Positions 1 through 10,715 are shown, counted from the first letter of the stretch. The stretch is 64,000 nt of DNA from Coleofasciculus chthonoplastes F2-STO-03 (GCA_040222015.1 JAVJWO010000178.1:80390-144389), one strand, 5' to 3'. Notes: a model not told the origin generated them from the sequence alone. Numbers and translations: made by a program.

Positions 1-43
1 GATTGGGTTCATCGTCAATGACTAGGATACATTTGGTAGACAT
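1..43 (-). CDS. Response regulator receiver domain, 5' end only (continues off window)
   Basis: Minus strand reads MSTKCILVIDDEPN, a typical CheY-like beta1/DD motif. Confidence 0.8.
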   Translation of the reverse strand, partial: MSTKCILVIDDEPN

Positions 44-116
44 AAAGGGAACAGGAAATGGGAAACTGCTTAACAGGGAATAATCAATTTAAATGCACAT
101 CAGCTTACTTGTAAAA

Positions 117-197
117 GAGGGCGGGTTTTGTTGTTCATTTAGGGGAGGGCGGGTTTTGTTGTTCATTTAGGGGAGGGCGGGTTTTGTTGTTCATTTA
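117..197. repeat. Tandem 28-bp repeat, about 3 copies (GAGGGCGGGTTTTGTTGTTCATTTAGGG)
   Basis: Read directly; corresponds to the left arm of the GGGCGGGTTT...AAACCCGCCCCTAC REP doublet. Confidence 0.9.
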
Positions 198-220
198 TCA
201 GTGAATAGCTGACTTTAGTC

Positions 221-350
221 CCTAAACCCGCCCCTACAGATTTCCTAAACCCGCCCCTACAGATTTCCTAAACCCGCCCCTACAGATTTCCTAAACCCGC
301 CCCTACAGATTTCCTAAACCCGCCCCTACAGATTTCCTAAACTCACCCTG
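221..350. repeat. Tandem 23-bp repeat, 5 copies plus a partial one (CCTAAACCCGCCCCTACAGATTT)
   Basis: Read directly; no spacers; right arm of the same REP doublet. Confidence 0.95.
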
Positions 351-386
351 ATCACTGACTGTTCACGCTCTTCGAGGGCAGATTTC

Positions 387-1619
387 TTACGGATTACTTG
401 TTTCCTCCTGATTAACTTTCTCGATTTGACGGGCAAAATGGGTTTCTCGATACTGCAGTGATCGCGCTAATTCTAGACCTTTTTGAAAAGCGTCTAAGGC
501 TTGATCATAGTTGTTTTGGGTGAGATAAATCTGACCCATTTGATCGTAAGCCTGCATCAACCCATAATAATTGTAGGACTGTTGTTCAACAATAATCAAT
601 ATTTCGTAAACCTGGAGAGCGTAGTCGGGTTGGTCATAAGATAAATAGAGTTGGGCTAATTTTTCGAGTGCATCACTGGCATAAGCCAACTGTTGTGATG
701 ACCAAGCGAGTGCATAAGCTTCCTGGTAGCTTTGAGAGGCTTGATCGGGTTGATTTAGGGCTTCGTAGTCGGCACCAATCCCAATTTTTAGGGCGGGGAT
801 TTGAGTATAATTGTCTTGGTTGAGATAACTGTCCACTAACCGTTCCTTGATCCGCAGGGCGTTTTCGGGTTCCTGGGATTGCTTATAAATGTTGAGCAAT
901 TCTTGTAGATAGTTAACCTCCGCCACGCGATCGCGCTTTGCTTGAGCTATTGCTAGTAATTCTTCATAAATGGCGGCGGCTTGGGGATAATCAAACCAAG
1001 CTAAGTGGAGTTGGGCGATTGTCTCTAAGGTTTCGGCTTGAGTTTGCCGATCACCTTGTTGACGGGCATCGGCTAAAATTTGCTCATAGATAGCTAAGGC
1101 TTTTCTGGGAACTCGTATCTGTTGATAAGCTTGACCTAATGCACCTAAAAGTTCGGGATCTAAATCTCCTTCTTCCTCAGCGTTTTGCTGAATCGTTTCT
1201 AAGCGTTTAGTAATTAACTGTACCTGGGATTTCGCATTCCTACTCCAAGCAATTTCACCCACGCGCCCTAGGGTTTTAACTTCTTCTAATCGTCCACCCA
1301 GAACTCGCCGTAAGCGAATTTCTCGATACCAGATATCAAACGCCTCTTCTGGATTTCCCGCCCTCAGTTCGGCGGCGGCTTGATTATTCAATTGATCCAG
1401 GGCTTCACCCAGTCGGCGGCGTTCTAAGGGGCTTAAGGGGCGTTCTACCGGGGGATTGGGAAGCAGGGGATCACCAGTGGTATCCAGTTCTAGGGGATTG
1501 GGTGGATTTGTTTCAGCGGGTTGGGCTAATGTTCCACCACTTAACCCTAACCAGAGCGTCGCTATGCAAAAGAGTAGTTGAACTTTTCTCATTAATTTAA
1601 GCTGTATAAGATGCAACAC
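387..1619 (-). CDS. Secreted TPR-repeat protein
   Basis: Signal-peptide-like N-terminus followed by multiple TPR motifs; true start may be the second Met. Confidence 0.85.
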   Translation of the reverse strand: MLHLIQLKLMRKVQLLFCIATLWLGLSGGTLAQPAETNPPNPLELDTTGDPLLPNPPVERPLSPLERRRLGEALDQLNNQAAAELRAGNPEEAFDIWYREIRLRRVLGGRLEEVKTLGRVGEIAWSRNAKSQVQLITKRLETIQQNAEEEGDLDPELLGALGQAYQQIRVPRKALAIYEQILADARQQGDRQTQAETLETIAQLHLAWFDYPQAAAIYEELLAIAQAKRDRVAEVNYLQELLNIYKQSQEPENALRIKERLVDSYLNQDNYTQIPALKIGIGADYEALNQPDQASQSYQEAYALAWSSQQLAYASDALEKLAQLYLSYDQPDYALQVYEILIIVEQQSYNYYGLMQAYDQMGQIYLTQNNYDQALDAFQKGLELARSLQYRETHFARQIEKVNQEETSNP

Positions 1620-1699
1620 TGTTTTAAGGAGAATGGCACTGATTCGTATAGCCGGGAAATAAATTTCTGATCTTTAAGCTAAAGTAAGCTAAAGCTTAC

Positions 1700-1830
1700 T
1701 AAGTAGGTTGGTGGAAATAAACTTAACTAGATTAAGTTATGTAAACAAGTCTCAAACCCTTACTGTTCCCTGTTCCCTGTTAAGAGTTCCCTAATCTCCA
1801 CCGCTAACTTTAATTGTGTCCACCTACTTA
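1700..1830. mobile_element. MITE with TAAGTAGG...CCTACTTA ends
   Basis: Terminal inverted repeat; related copy at 26036-26267 shares the internal ATTAAGTTATGTAAA...CTCAAACC segment. Confidence 0.7.
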
Positions 1831-1951
1831 CATTAAAGGCTTTTAACCCGTTTTAATGGGGTTTAGCTTTTCGCTCAAACTTTAGTTCAGGGCTTAAGTT
1901 TCGATTTCATCAACTGATTAACTATCATCTTATCTGCCAACGTAATGACCA

Positions 1952-3247
1952 TTGACGCTTAAAATCAACTTAGAGTTTCTCAAGGAAACCCCTACCCTAA
2001 GACTTTTGACATTTCTTATGATTCAGCCATTAACACAAAAGCTATTAAAAGTCAATAGATTTCGCCCCCTATTATCTCGACTCTTAGTCGTGGCGATCGC
2101 GCTGTTGACTCTGTTGACGACAAGCTGTAGTCCCTCAACCGCCAGAACCGCCGAACAGCGCACGTTTCTGGATTTATCCTTGGACTTTTTGGCGGAGTAT
2201 CAACTACCCAAACCGATGAGGTTTGAGGATACTCCCGTTGGCGGCTTATCAGCTCTCTCCTATGATCGCGATCGCGATCGTTTTCTTGCACTATCCGATG
2301 ATCGATCAAATCTCGCACCCGCCCGATTTTACACCCTGGCGCTGACGATTAACCGCAACTCGGCAGGAGAAATTGGGATTGAATCCGTCACCGTGGAGGA
2401 TGTAACCATTCTCAAAGACGAAAACGGCAAACCCTATCCGGCGGGAACCATTGACCCCGAAGGCATCGCCCTATCCGGTAAAGGTGGCGTATTTATTTCC
2501 ACTGAAGGGGTTCCTAGTCAGGGAATTGAACCCTTTATTCAAGAATTTGACCGCCAAACGGGACAACCGTTGCAACGCTTGCGAATTCCTGACCGTTTTC
2601 TCCCGAATAATACGACAGAAGAGGAACAAGTTCCCCGTGGCGTACAAGAAAACCTAGGCTTTGAAGCATTAACCTTAGAACCAATTACGTTAGCGGCGGC
2701 TAGTGGCGATCCTTTTCGCCTATTTACAGCAACGGAATCTGCGTTAATTCAAGATAGTTTACCCCCAGATTCAGACGAGGTTCCCCGAATTCGGCTGCTG
2801 CATTATTTAATCAGCGACATTGCGCCACCCATGCTAGTAGCGGAACATTTGTATCCACTGGCTCCCGCCCCCAAAGGGACAATTGATTATGGCTTATCGG
2901 AATTAGTGGCATTAGATACAGAAGGTCACTTTCTTGGTTTAGAACGTAGTTATGGGTTGTTTGGACTCAGCGCCCAAATTTATCAACTAACCCTGGGTGG
3001 GGCGACGGATACATCTAATATTGCTACTCTCAAGGGGAATATTTCTCGCCTTGAGCCGGTGAAGAAAAAATTGCTCCTTGATTTGAGTACTTTGGGAATT
3101 TATTTAGATAATTTGGAAGGGATGACCCTAGGTTCACGGTTGCCAGATGGGAGTCAGAGTTTGGTATTAGTCAGTGATGATAATTTTAATCAAGCACAGA
3201 TTACGCAGTTTCTTTTGTTTCGGTTAAACCTGAATAAGTCGAATTGA
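1952..3247 (+). CDS. Esterase-like activity of phytase family lipoprotein
   Basis: GGLSAL, LSDDR, DPEGI, FEAL, DNLEGM, LVSDDNF motifs; lipobox-like TTSC; start more likely ATG 2018. Confidence 0.85.
   Translation: MTLKINLEFLKETPTLRLLTFLMIQPLTQKLLKVNRFRPLLSRLLVVAIALLTLLTTSCSPSTARTAEQRTFLDLSLDFLAEYQLPKPMRFEDTPVGGLSALSYDRDRDRFLALSDDRSNLAPARFYTLALTINRNSAGEIGIESVTVEDVTILKDENGKPYPAGTIDPEGIALSGKGGVFISTEGVPSQGIEPFIQEFDRQTGQPLQRLRIPDRFLPNNTTEEEQVPRGVQENLGFEALTLEPITLAAASGDPFRLFTATESALIQDSLPPDSDEVPRIRLLHYLISDIAPPMLVAEHLYPLAPAPKGTIDYGLSELVALDTEGHFLGLERSYGLFGLSAQIYQLTLGGATDTSNIATLKGNISRLEPVKKKLLLDLSTLGIYLDNLEGMTLGSRLPDGSQSLVLVSDDNFNQAQITQFLLFRLNLNKSN
2093..2100. repeat. HIP1 octamer GCGATCGC (example; dozens of copies across the window)
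   Basis: Also at 3664, 8706, 20522, 26008 and many others; characteristic of many cyanobacteria. Confidence 0.95.
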
Positions 3248-3462
3248 GCTAAATTGTAGTGGTGTGACACAGCTAATTGGCTCTATTCCTCTCTCCCCTT
3301 CTTCTTGTCAACCTCAATTATAAAATTAAAGCCATAGCAGGTTGACAATTTAAAATAAATGTGTATTTTACCCAATCCTCCCCCACTGCCGACAAACCTC
3401 TTAAAATGAAAAGACAGCTAATTGTTTAGATTTGTATAGCCAACTCAGGTATAGAACGATAT

Positions 3463-4485
3463 ATGGCTGCTGCCGTTTTAATCGAGAACCTAAAAAAATA
3501 CTACGGGGATGTCGAAGCCGTGAAGGACATCTCCCTGAACGTCGAACCGGGTGAGATTTTTGGCTTACTTGGTCCGAATGGGGCGGGGAAAACCACAACG
3601 ATTCGCTGTCTGTGTACCTTAAGTAAACCAGACGCGGGTAAGATTGAGGTATCGGGAATTTCTGCGATCGCGAATCCTAGAGCCGTCCGCCGTCGCATCG
3701 GTTATGTCGCCCAGGAAGTGGCATTAGACAAAGTGTTGACAGGGCGCGAGTTACTGCAACTACAAGCGGATTTATATCACCTACCCAGCAACGTTGGCAA
3801 AGAGCGGGTCAATACCATGATAGAGGTGTTGGGCTTGCAGGACTATGCCGATAAAAAGACGGGAACCTACTCCGGCGGAATCCGCAAGCGCCTGGATTTA
3901 GCCTCCGGCTTACTCCACAAACCCGATGTTTTAGTTCTGGATGAACCCACCGTGGGACTTGATATCGAGAGTCGGGTGGTAGTGTGGAATTTCCTGCGTC
4001 AATTGCAAAACGCTGGCACGACCATATTTATTACCAGCCACTATTTGGAAGAAGTAGATATTCTAGCCGATCGCGTGGCAATTATCGACAAAGGCGTGGT
4101 CATTGCCGAAGGTACGCCCTCTCAGTTAAAGGATAACGTGGGTGGCGATCGCATAACTCTCCGCATCCGGGAATTCTCGCCCATGGAAGAAGCCCAAAAT
4201 GCTAAGGAAAAGCTGGAGGTGTTACCCTTTGTCCAAGAAGTGATTATTAATACGGCGCAAGGAAATTCCCTCAACTTGGTTGTCAAACCCCAAAGTGACG
4301 CATTAACCAACATTCAGCAATCCTTAAAAGACGCCGGATTACCCATCTTTGGCATTGCCCAATCTCGACCTAGTTTAGATGATGTCTACTTAGCCGCCAC
4401 CGGTCAAACCTTAATGGATGCTGAACTCGCGGCGGCGGGAACACGAGATGTGAAAGCGGAGAAAAAGCAACGGATGAAGGAATGA
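3463..4485 (+). CDS. ABC-2/DrrA-type ABC transporter ATP-binding protein
   Basis: Walker A GPNGAGKT, signature YSGG, Walker B LVLDEP. Confidence 0.95.
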   Translation: MAAAVLIENLKKYYGDVEAVKDISLNVEPGEIFGLLGPNGAGKTTTIRCLCTLSKPDAGKIEVSGISAIANPRAVRRRIGYVAQEVALDKVLTGRELLQLQADLYHLPSNVGKERVNTMIEVLGLQDYADKKTGTYSGGIRKRLDLASGLLHKPDVLVLDEPTVGLDIESRVVVWNFLRQLQNAGTTIFITSHYLEEVDILADRVAIIDKGVVIAEGTPSQLKDNVGGDRITLRIREFSPMEEAQNAKEKLEVLPFVQEVIINTAQGNSLNLVVKPQSDALTNIQQSLKDAGLPIFGIAQSRPSLDDVYLAATGQTLMDAELAAAGTRDVKAEKKQRMKE

Positions 4486-4491
4486 TGAGAG

Positions 4492-4715
4492 AGCAGGGGG
4501 AGCTGGGGGAGCTGGGGGAGCTGGGGAACACCTCGACTTACCTCGACTTCGCTCGGTAACACGCTCGGTGTGTCAGATAGGGGAGATTATGTAGGGGCGG
4601 GTTTCACTACTATCGTTTGAAATGGTGCGTTACGCTACGCTAACGCACCCTACACCCGCCCCGACTGTACATAAGGCGAATGACCAATGACCAATGACCA
4701 ATGACAAATGACCAA
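4492..4715. repeat. Compound intergenic repeat: GGGGGAGCT 9-mers, nested CTCGACTTCGCTC mini-element, GTAG REP, AATGACC heptamers
   Basis: Read directly; REP part nearly repeated at 8908-8988. Confidence 0.85.
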
Positions 4716-4729
4716 TAACAAATAACATT

Positions 4730-5623
4730 ATGAGTGGAACTGTAACACCATCAAAACCGGAAATTAATTGGCAACCTGACGTAGTAAGTCAAGTCCCCAT
4801 CAGCGATAAAGCGGGTGTGGGTGAATTTGTCCAAGAAACATTGGCACTTACTAAGCGCCTGTTTATCCAACTAAAACGACGCCCATCTACCTTAATTGCT
4901 GGCGTGATTCAGCCGTTGATGTGGCTGATTCTGTTTGGGGCGTTATTTCAAAATGCGCCAAAAGGACTCTTCGGTGAAAGCTTATCATACGCCCAATTCT
5001 TGAGTGCTGGCGTAATTGTATTTACCGCCTTCGCTGGTGCGCTCAATGCTGGCTTACCGGTGATGTTTGACCGGGAATTTGGCTTTCTGAATCGTTTACT
5101 TGTTGCACCTTTGGCGTCTCGCTTCTCCATTGTTGCTGCATCCGCTATCTATATCGTCGCCCTCAGCTTTATCCAAGCCGTGGTGATTGTCGCCGCCAGT
5201 GCAGTGATGGGTGCGGGTGTTCCCAATATAGCTGGACTGGGTGCGATCGCGCTGATTGTTTTCTTGCTGGTAATCGGGATGACAGCATTAAGTTTAGGAC
5301 TCGCTTTTGTGCTTCCGGGTCATATTGAACTAATTGCTGTCATTTTTGTCACCAACTTACCGCTACTATTTGCCAGCACTGCCCTAGCGCCGCTATCCTT
5401 TATGCCAAAATGGTTACAGCTTGTCGCCAGTCTCAATCCCTTGAGTTATGCGATTGAACCAATTCGCTATCTCTACCTCCATGGAGATTGGTCTTTAGGT
5501 AGTGTTGTCATGGAAGCACCTTGGGCTTCAATTACATTTGGTGGGGCTATTTTAGTCCTGTTTGCCTTTGCCGCCGCCGCGTTAGTTCTGATTAGTCCAT
5601 TGCTACGGCGTCGATTTGCCTAA
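4730..5623 (+). CDS. ABC-2 type transporter permease
   Basis: Multiple TM helices, DREFGFLNRLLVAP and NPLSYAIE motifs; follows the ATPase gene. Confidence 0.95.
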   Translation: MSGTVTPSKPEINWQPDVVSQVPISDKAGVGEFVQETLALTKRLFIQLKRRPSTLIAGVIQPLMWLILFGALFQNAPKGLFGESLSYAQFLSAGVIVFTAFAGALNAGLPVMFDREFGFLNRLLVAPLASRFSIVAASAIYIVALSFIQAVVIVAASAVMGAGVPNIAGLGAIALIVFLLVIGMTALSLGLAFVLPGHIELIAVIFVTNLPLLFASTALAPLSFMPKWLQLVASLNPLSYAIEPIRYLYLHGDWSLGSVVMEAPWASITFGGAILVLFAFAAAALVLISPLLRRRFA

Positions 5624-5637
5624 TGGCATTAAAACTT

Positions 5638-5758
5638 GTAGGGTGGGCATTGCCCACCCACTTTAATAGGACTTACGCAAAGGCTCGATATGTAGGGTGC
5701 GTTAGCGAAGCGTAACGCACCGCAAGCCACCATCTGTGGTGTAGCTGCGTAAGTCCTG
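5638..5758. repeat. GTAG REP plus AGGACTTACGCA...TGCGTAAGTCCT MITE containing another REP
   Basis: GTAGGGTGGGCATTGCCCACC hairpin; 12-bp terminal inverted repeat. Confidence 0.75.
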
Positions 5759-5806
5759 TTTAATTGAAATGTTAAACATACGTTTTCTAGAGGAATTAGC
5801 AGCATC

Positions 5807-8800
5807 GTGGAACTTTGGACAGCGCTAGGCGTTTCTATCCTCAACGACTTACTTTTAAAAGACATCCTCCTGAAACTGGGGAAAGAAGCATTAGAAGACT
5901 ATGTAAAAGATTTTTTCAAAGACTGCATTAAAACCGGGGTACAATCTGCCCAACCCGATATCCTGAAAAAAGCCCTCGGTGAGGCTTTACAGCAATTTCT
6001 CAAACTCATCGAATATGAATTACTCTTCTATGTAACCGAAGCCGAAGTTCGAGACAACTATCAAATAGTAATTGAACGGTTTATCAAAGACGATGACGTT
6101 AAACCCCTGTTAGGAAAAGCCTTTGAAAAAGATTGTCGCGCCATCGACGCCAATCAATTAAGTACAATTTGGGTGCAGCGCTATTCACCTGATATGCCAA
6201 CTGGGTTTAACTGGGAGGAGATTACCAAACCCTATCTCAAAGAAGTTAAAAGCATTGTCCGCAATTCGCCAGAGTTAAAAGAACTGTTAAAATTAGAGAT
6301 TCTGGAATCCATTGAACAACAGGTTCGAGACAATGCCAAAATTAATCCTGATTTTAATATCACTAAATATCAAGAAGGCTTACGGGAACGCTACAGCAAC
6401 TTAAACCTATCCAGTTTAGATACAACAGGCTGCGCCTATAACCAACTGAAACTCTGGCGACTCTTCATCCCGCAAAATGTGCGACAAGTTCATCAGGGAT
6501 TACCCCAAGTCTATGAACTCCCCAAAGAACATCAACGGCGACTGCGAGAGAGTCATCTACTTGACGCGGATGTGTCTCTGGAAGAGTTAACCGAATATAA
6601 ACAGGTTTATTCTCAACAGCCAATCCGCCCCATCAATGAAATTATTAACGATAAAGATAACTATCCCTATCTGGTGATTCTCGGTGATCCGGGTTCTGGC
6701 AAGTCTACCTTGTTGCAATATTTGGCATTAGATTGGGCAAATTCTACACCGAATGATGCCAATTTTCATCCGATTCCCCTGCTGATTGAATTACGCACCT
6801 ATATGCGAAATCGCGACGCGGGACAATGTAAGAATTTCCTGGAATTTTTCCATGATAGCAGTGGAATTGTCTGTCATCTGAATCAGCATCAACTGGTGGA
6901 ACAGTTACAAGCCGGAAATGCTTTAGTCATGTTTGATGGCTTGGATGAGGTATTTGATCCGGGAAAACGGGAGGATGTGATTACCGATATTCATTGCTTC
7001 ACTAATGACTATCCTGATGTGCGGGTAATTGTCACCTCTCGCGTGATTGGCTATAAACCGCAGCGGTTACGAGATGCCCAATTTTATCATTTTATGCTGC
7101 AAGATTTAGAGGCAGATCAGATTCAGGAGTTTATTACCCGTTGGCATGATTTAACCTTTACCGATAAAGTAGATAAACAGAGGAAGTGGGAACGACTCCA
7201 ACGGGCAATTGATACCTCAAAAGCGATTCGCGAACTGGCTGGAAATCCGCTGCTATTGACAATGATGGCAATATTAAATCGCAATCAGGAATTACCCAGA
7301 GATAGACCCGAATTATACAACCAAGCGTCGCGGGTATTGCTGCATCAATGGGATGTGGAACGGGCGTTAGTCGAACATCAGCAGTTAGAGATTCAAACGA
7401 TTGATTATAAAGATAAGCAGGCGATGTTGCGTCAGGTGGCTTATCAGATGCAAGCAGCAGAGAAAGGTTTAGCGGGTAATCTGATTGCGGCGGATGAGTT
7501 AGAAAGAATTTTGACGGATTATCTGAAAACGCTAGATATCACTAATTCCAGGGCGGTGGCTAGGGTGATGATTAAGCAACTGCGGGAACGGAATTTTATC
7601 TTATGTTTCATGGGGGCAGATTATTATGCCTTTGTGCATCGGACATTTTTGGAGTATTTTTGTGCTTGGGAATATGTTTGGCAGTTTGAGAAGGAACGAA
7701 CAATTTCTCTGGAGGGGTTGAAAAGCGAGGTTTTTGGCAAGCATTGGCAGGATGAGTCTTGGCATGAAGTGTTACGGCTGATTGTGGGGATGATTGAGCC
7801 AAAGCTGGCTGGGGAGATTATAGATTATTTGATGAATCAGTCGGGGGAAGCGGAAAAGTTTATTAATGTGTTTCTAGCGGCGGATTGCCTGTCTGAGGCG
7901 AGGAATCGTTCGGTTATCATATCGACAGCGAATCAATTACTGAACCAGATTAAGGGGTTAATTCAGTATGACTTACCTTACCATTATGAATTTTATGAAG
8001 AGGAAGCAACGTTAGTTCGGGAAATTCGCACTCAAGCGGTTGCGGCAATTGCGACAACCTGGCATGATTCTCCAGACACCTTACCTTGGCTGAAACAAAA
8101 AGCTCAATTTGATAACGATTCTGCTGTGCGACAAGCAGCGATGCAAGAATTAGCCAGAGGATGGAAAGATGACCCCGACACCTTACCTATCCTCAAACAA
8201 AAAGCCCAATCTGATGACCATCCGGCTGTGCGAAGTGCAGCGGTGGAAGAAATAGCCAAAGGCTGGAAAGATGACCCAGATACCTTACCTTGGCTGAAAC
8301 AAAAAGCCCAATCTGATGACAATAGGTTTGTGCGACGTGCAGCGGTACAAGAATTAGCCAAAGGCTGGAAAGATGACCCAGACACCTTACCTTGGTTGAA
8401 ACAAAAAGCTCAATTTGATGACGATGAGGATGTGCGATATGCAGCGGTGGAAGAAATAGCCAAAGGCTGGAAAGATGACCCAGATACCTTACCTATACTC
8501 AAACAAAAAGCCCAATCTGATGACAATTGGGCTGTGCGAAGTGCAGCGGTGGAAGAATTAGCCAAAGGCTGGAAAGATGACCCAGATACCTTACCTTGGC
8601 TGAAACAAAAAGCCCAATCTGATGACCATTGGGATGTGCGACGTGCAGCGGTGCAAGAATTAGCCAAAGGCTGGAAGGATGAGCCATGGCTATTTGAATT
8701 ATTACGCGATCGCGCTCTCAATGATCCCTTTGTGCGCGAGGAAGACTGGCAAGACAATCCTCGGCAATTAGCTATTGAAATCATTATCAAACAATATCCT

Positions 8801-8911
8801 GATCATCCCCAGACTCTACCCTTACTGCGCGACAGAGACGAAAATGATCCTGATGAAAAAGTTAGAGAGTTTGCCCAGAAAAAATTGGCACAATTAAAGT
8901 TAAGTCTGTAG
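5807..8911 (+). CDS. NACHT (STAND) NTPase with N-terminal helical domain and C-terminal HEAT repeats
   Basis: Walker A GDPGSGKST, Walker B FDGLDE, VTSR, NPLLL, FVHRTFLEYF; six 34-aa HEAT-like repeats. Confidence 0.92.
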   Translation: MELWTALGVSILNDLLLKDILLKLGKEALEDYVKDFFKDCIKTGVQSAQPDILKKALGEALQQFLKLIEYELLFYVTEAEVRDNYQIVIERFIKDDDVKPLLGKAFEKDCRAIDANQLSTIWVQRYSPDMPTGFNWEEITKPYLKEVKSIVRNSPELKELLKLEILESIEQQVRDNAKINPDFNITKYQEGLRERYSNLNLSSLDTTGCAYNQLKLWRLFIPQNVRQVHQGLPQVYELPKEHQRRLRESHLLDADVSLEELTEYKQVYSQQPIRPINEIINDKDNYPYLVILGDPGSGKSTLLQYLALDWANSTPNDANFHPIPLLIELRTYMRNRDAGQCKNFLEFFHDSSGIVCHLNQHQLVEQLQAGNALVMFDGLDEVFDPGKREDVITDIHCFTNDYPDVRVIVTSRVIGYKPQRLRDAQFYHFMLQDLEADQIQEFITRWHDLTFTDKVDKQRKWERLQRAIDTSKAIRELAGNPLLLTMMAILNRNQELPRDRPELYNQASRVLLHQWDVERALVEHQQLEIQTIDYKDKQAMLRQVAYQMQAAEKGLAGNLIAADELERILTDYLKTLDITNSRAVARVMIKQLRERNFILCFMGADYYAFVHRTFLEYFCAWEYVWQFEKERTISLEGLKSEVFGKHWQDESWHEVLRLIVGMIEPKLAGEIIDYLMNQSGEAEKFINVFLAADCLSEARNRSVIISTANQLLNQIKGLIQYDLPYHYEFYEEEATLVREIRTQAVAAIATTWHDSPDTLPWLKQKAQFDNDSAVRQAAMQELARGWKDDPDTLPILKQKAQSDDHPAVRSAAVEEIAKGWKDDPDTLPWLKQKAQSDDNRFVRRAAVQELAKGWKDDPDTLPWLKQKAQFDDDEDVRYAAVEEIAKGWKDDPDTLPILKQKAQSDDNWAVRSAAVEELAKGWKDDPDTLPWLKQKAQSDDHWDVRRAAVQELAKGWKDEPWLFELLRDRALNDPFVREEDWQDNPRQLAIEIIIKQYPDHPQTLPLLRDRDENDPDEKVREFAQKKLAQLKLSL
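8072..8683 (+). repeat. Six tandem 102-bp coding repeats (HEAT units)
   Basis: Units start at 8072, 8174, 8276, 8378, 8480, 8582. Confidence 0.95.
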
Positions 8912-9272
8912 GGGCGGGTTTCACGACTATGTTTTGGGTTGCAAAGGTGCGTTAGCGAAGCGTAACGCACCCTACACCCGCCCCGACTCAGGTGTCTAGA
9001 CTTCCTGTTAAAAGAAAGGGCGATCCGATAAAATTAAATTGACACAGTTGTCAATTTGTGCAAGCGGGTCGCCCCTACCGGGAATTAAAAGGGCGATCGC
9101 TCTCGAAACGTGTTAAGAAAGATGGGTAATGATAGCGATCGGGAAAAAATCCCAGATAAAAATAATTAGAGACGCTATAGTAGGGTCACGGCACTGCCGT
9201 GACCTTATCGGTAGAACTACCGTATCCTGATGGAAATCTAATTATAATTTCTAAATAAACAGGTTAATTGCC

Positions 9273-9485
9273 TTCAACAACCCCACGCTACTGACGTGGA
9301 GCATGGGGATTGCAAGACAAATTGCATTTTAAACCGTTGAATACCGCGTAGAGTCTCAGTTTGGTACAGACATCCGGATACTTCCCTAGTCCGGATTACC
9401 TCTAAAACCTTTTGTCGGGTTGTTGTTAAGTCAAGACATCTTAACTGAGATGGCGGGAAGGGACTACACACTCTTACTCGGAGGT
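9273..9485 (+). ncRNA. omegaRNA (HEARO-like) scaffold upstream of isrB
   Basis: About 210-nt noncoding leader with TCAAC...GTTGAA pairing, TCCGGATACTTCCCTAGTCCGGA hairpin and downstream GGGAAGGGAC complementary to its loop, as in IscB/IsrB omegaRNAs. Confidence 0.8.
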
Positions 9486-10715
9486 TTATCACCATGTTGC
9501 GAGTACCAGTTTTATCGAAATCAGGTAAGCCATTAATGCCCACAAAACCTAGCCGTGCTAGACGTTGGCTTAAAGAAGGTAAAGCTAAAGTATTGTATAA
9601 CTACTTAGAATGTTTTGCTATTCAGCTAACATTTGAAACGGAAGAAAATACTCAGTCTGTAGCCGTGGGGATAGACCCTGGCAAGCGATATTCCGGGATT
9701 GGGGTTCAATCAAGTTTAGTTACCCTTTGGATGGGACACTTAGTTCTACCGTTCAAAACAGTCAAGGAACGGATGGAATTACGGCGAGTGATGCGTCGAG
9801 CAAGGCGGGGTAGACGAATTAACCGGAAGTTACCTTATTCTGAACGTTGCCATCGTCAAGCTCGGTTTGATAATCGCAAACAAGGTAAACTGCCGCCGTC
9901 AATTCGAGCTAATAAACAGCTTGAGTTACGGGTAGTCAAAGAGTTGTTCAAGCTATTCCCAATTAGTGCCATCCATTATGAATTAGTTATGGCGGATGTA
10001 GACAAGACGTGCGGACGTAAATCGGCTCGGTCTGGCGTTGGCTTTTCTCCAGTCATGGTAGGTCAGAGACAAATGCTAACTTGGTTATCTGAGTTAGCCC
10101 CTATTATCACCCATAAAGGATGGCACAGGGATGGTAACGGAACCAGTCAACTTAGGCAATGGTTAGGATTAGCCAAAGACAAAAAGAACAAGGCTAATCA
10201 GACGCCTGCAACTCATGCCGTTGACGGTGTAACCTTAGCCGCGTTCGAGTTCATCCAATGGCGTGAATGGCATTCCGATCATGCTAAACATGGTAGCTGG
10301 GTAGGTAATGTTCAAGTTACCCCCGCGCCGTTTGCGGTAATCCGTAGACCACCCGTTAGTCGTAGACAATTGCATCTATGTATTCCCTCTAAAGGTGGAC
10401 TACGGCGTAAGTATGGCGGCACAGTCACCCGTCATGGGTTTAGAAAAGGTGACAAAGTTATAGCCGAAAAAGCTGGAAAAACTTACATCGGTTGGTGTTC
10501 TGGAGACACCGATAAACTGGTTTCGGTTAGTGATATTAACTGGAAACGTTTAGGACAATTTAGTGTCAAAAAAGTCCAGTTGTTGCAGCGAAGCACGGGG
10601 TTAATTGTCGTGCCTGCAACTGGACCCTTCAAACCTCACCGCATCGAGCGGCGCGGTTTGACCTCTATCCCTCTCCACCCTGCTTCGCTGAGGGTGGAGT
10701 CTCACGAGAAATACG
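9273..10715 (+). mobile_element. IS200/IS605-superfamily IsrB-type element (non-autonomous, no TnpA)
   Basis: Left end TTCAACAACCCCACGCT...GCATGGGG hairpin; right-end hairpin CTCCACCCT...AGGGTGGAG followed by ATGA; encloses omegaRNA and ORF. Confidence 0.8.

Noticed and set aside
221..350. Possible CRISPR array
   Set aside because: Units are contiguous with no unique spacers and no cas genes nearby
5807..8911. Complete diversity-generating retroelement
   Set aside because: No reverse transcriptase, accessory gene or noncoding template repeat in the window
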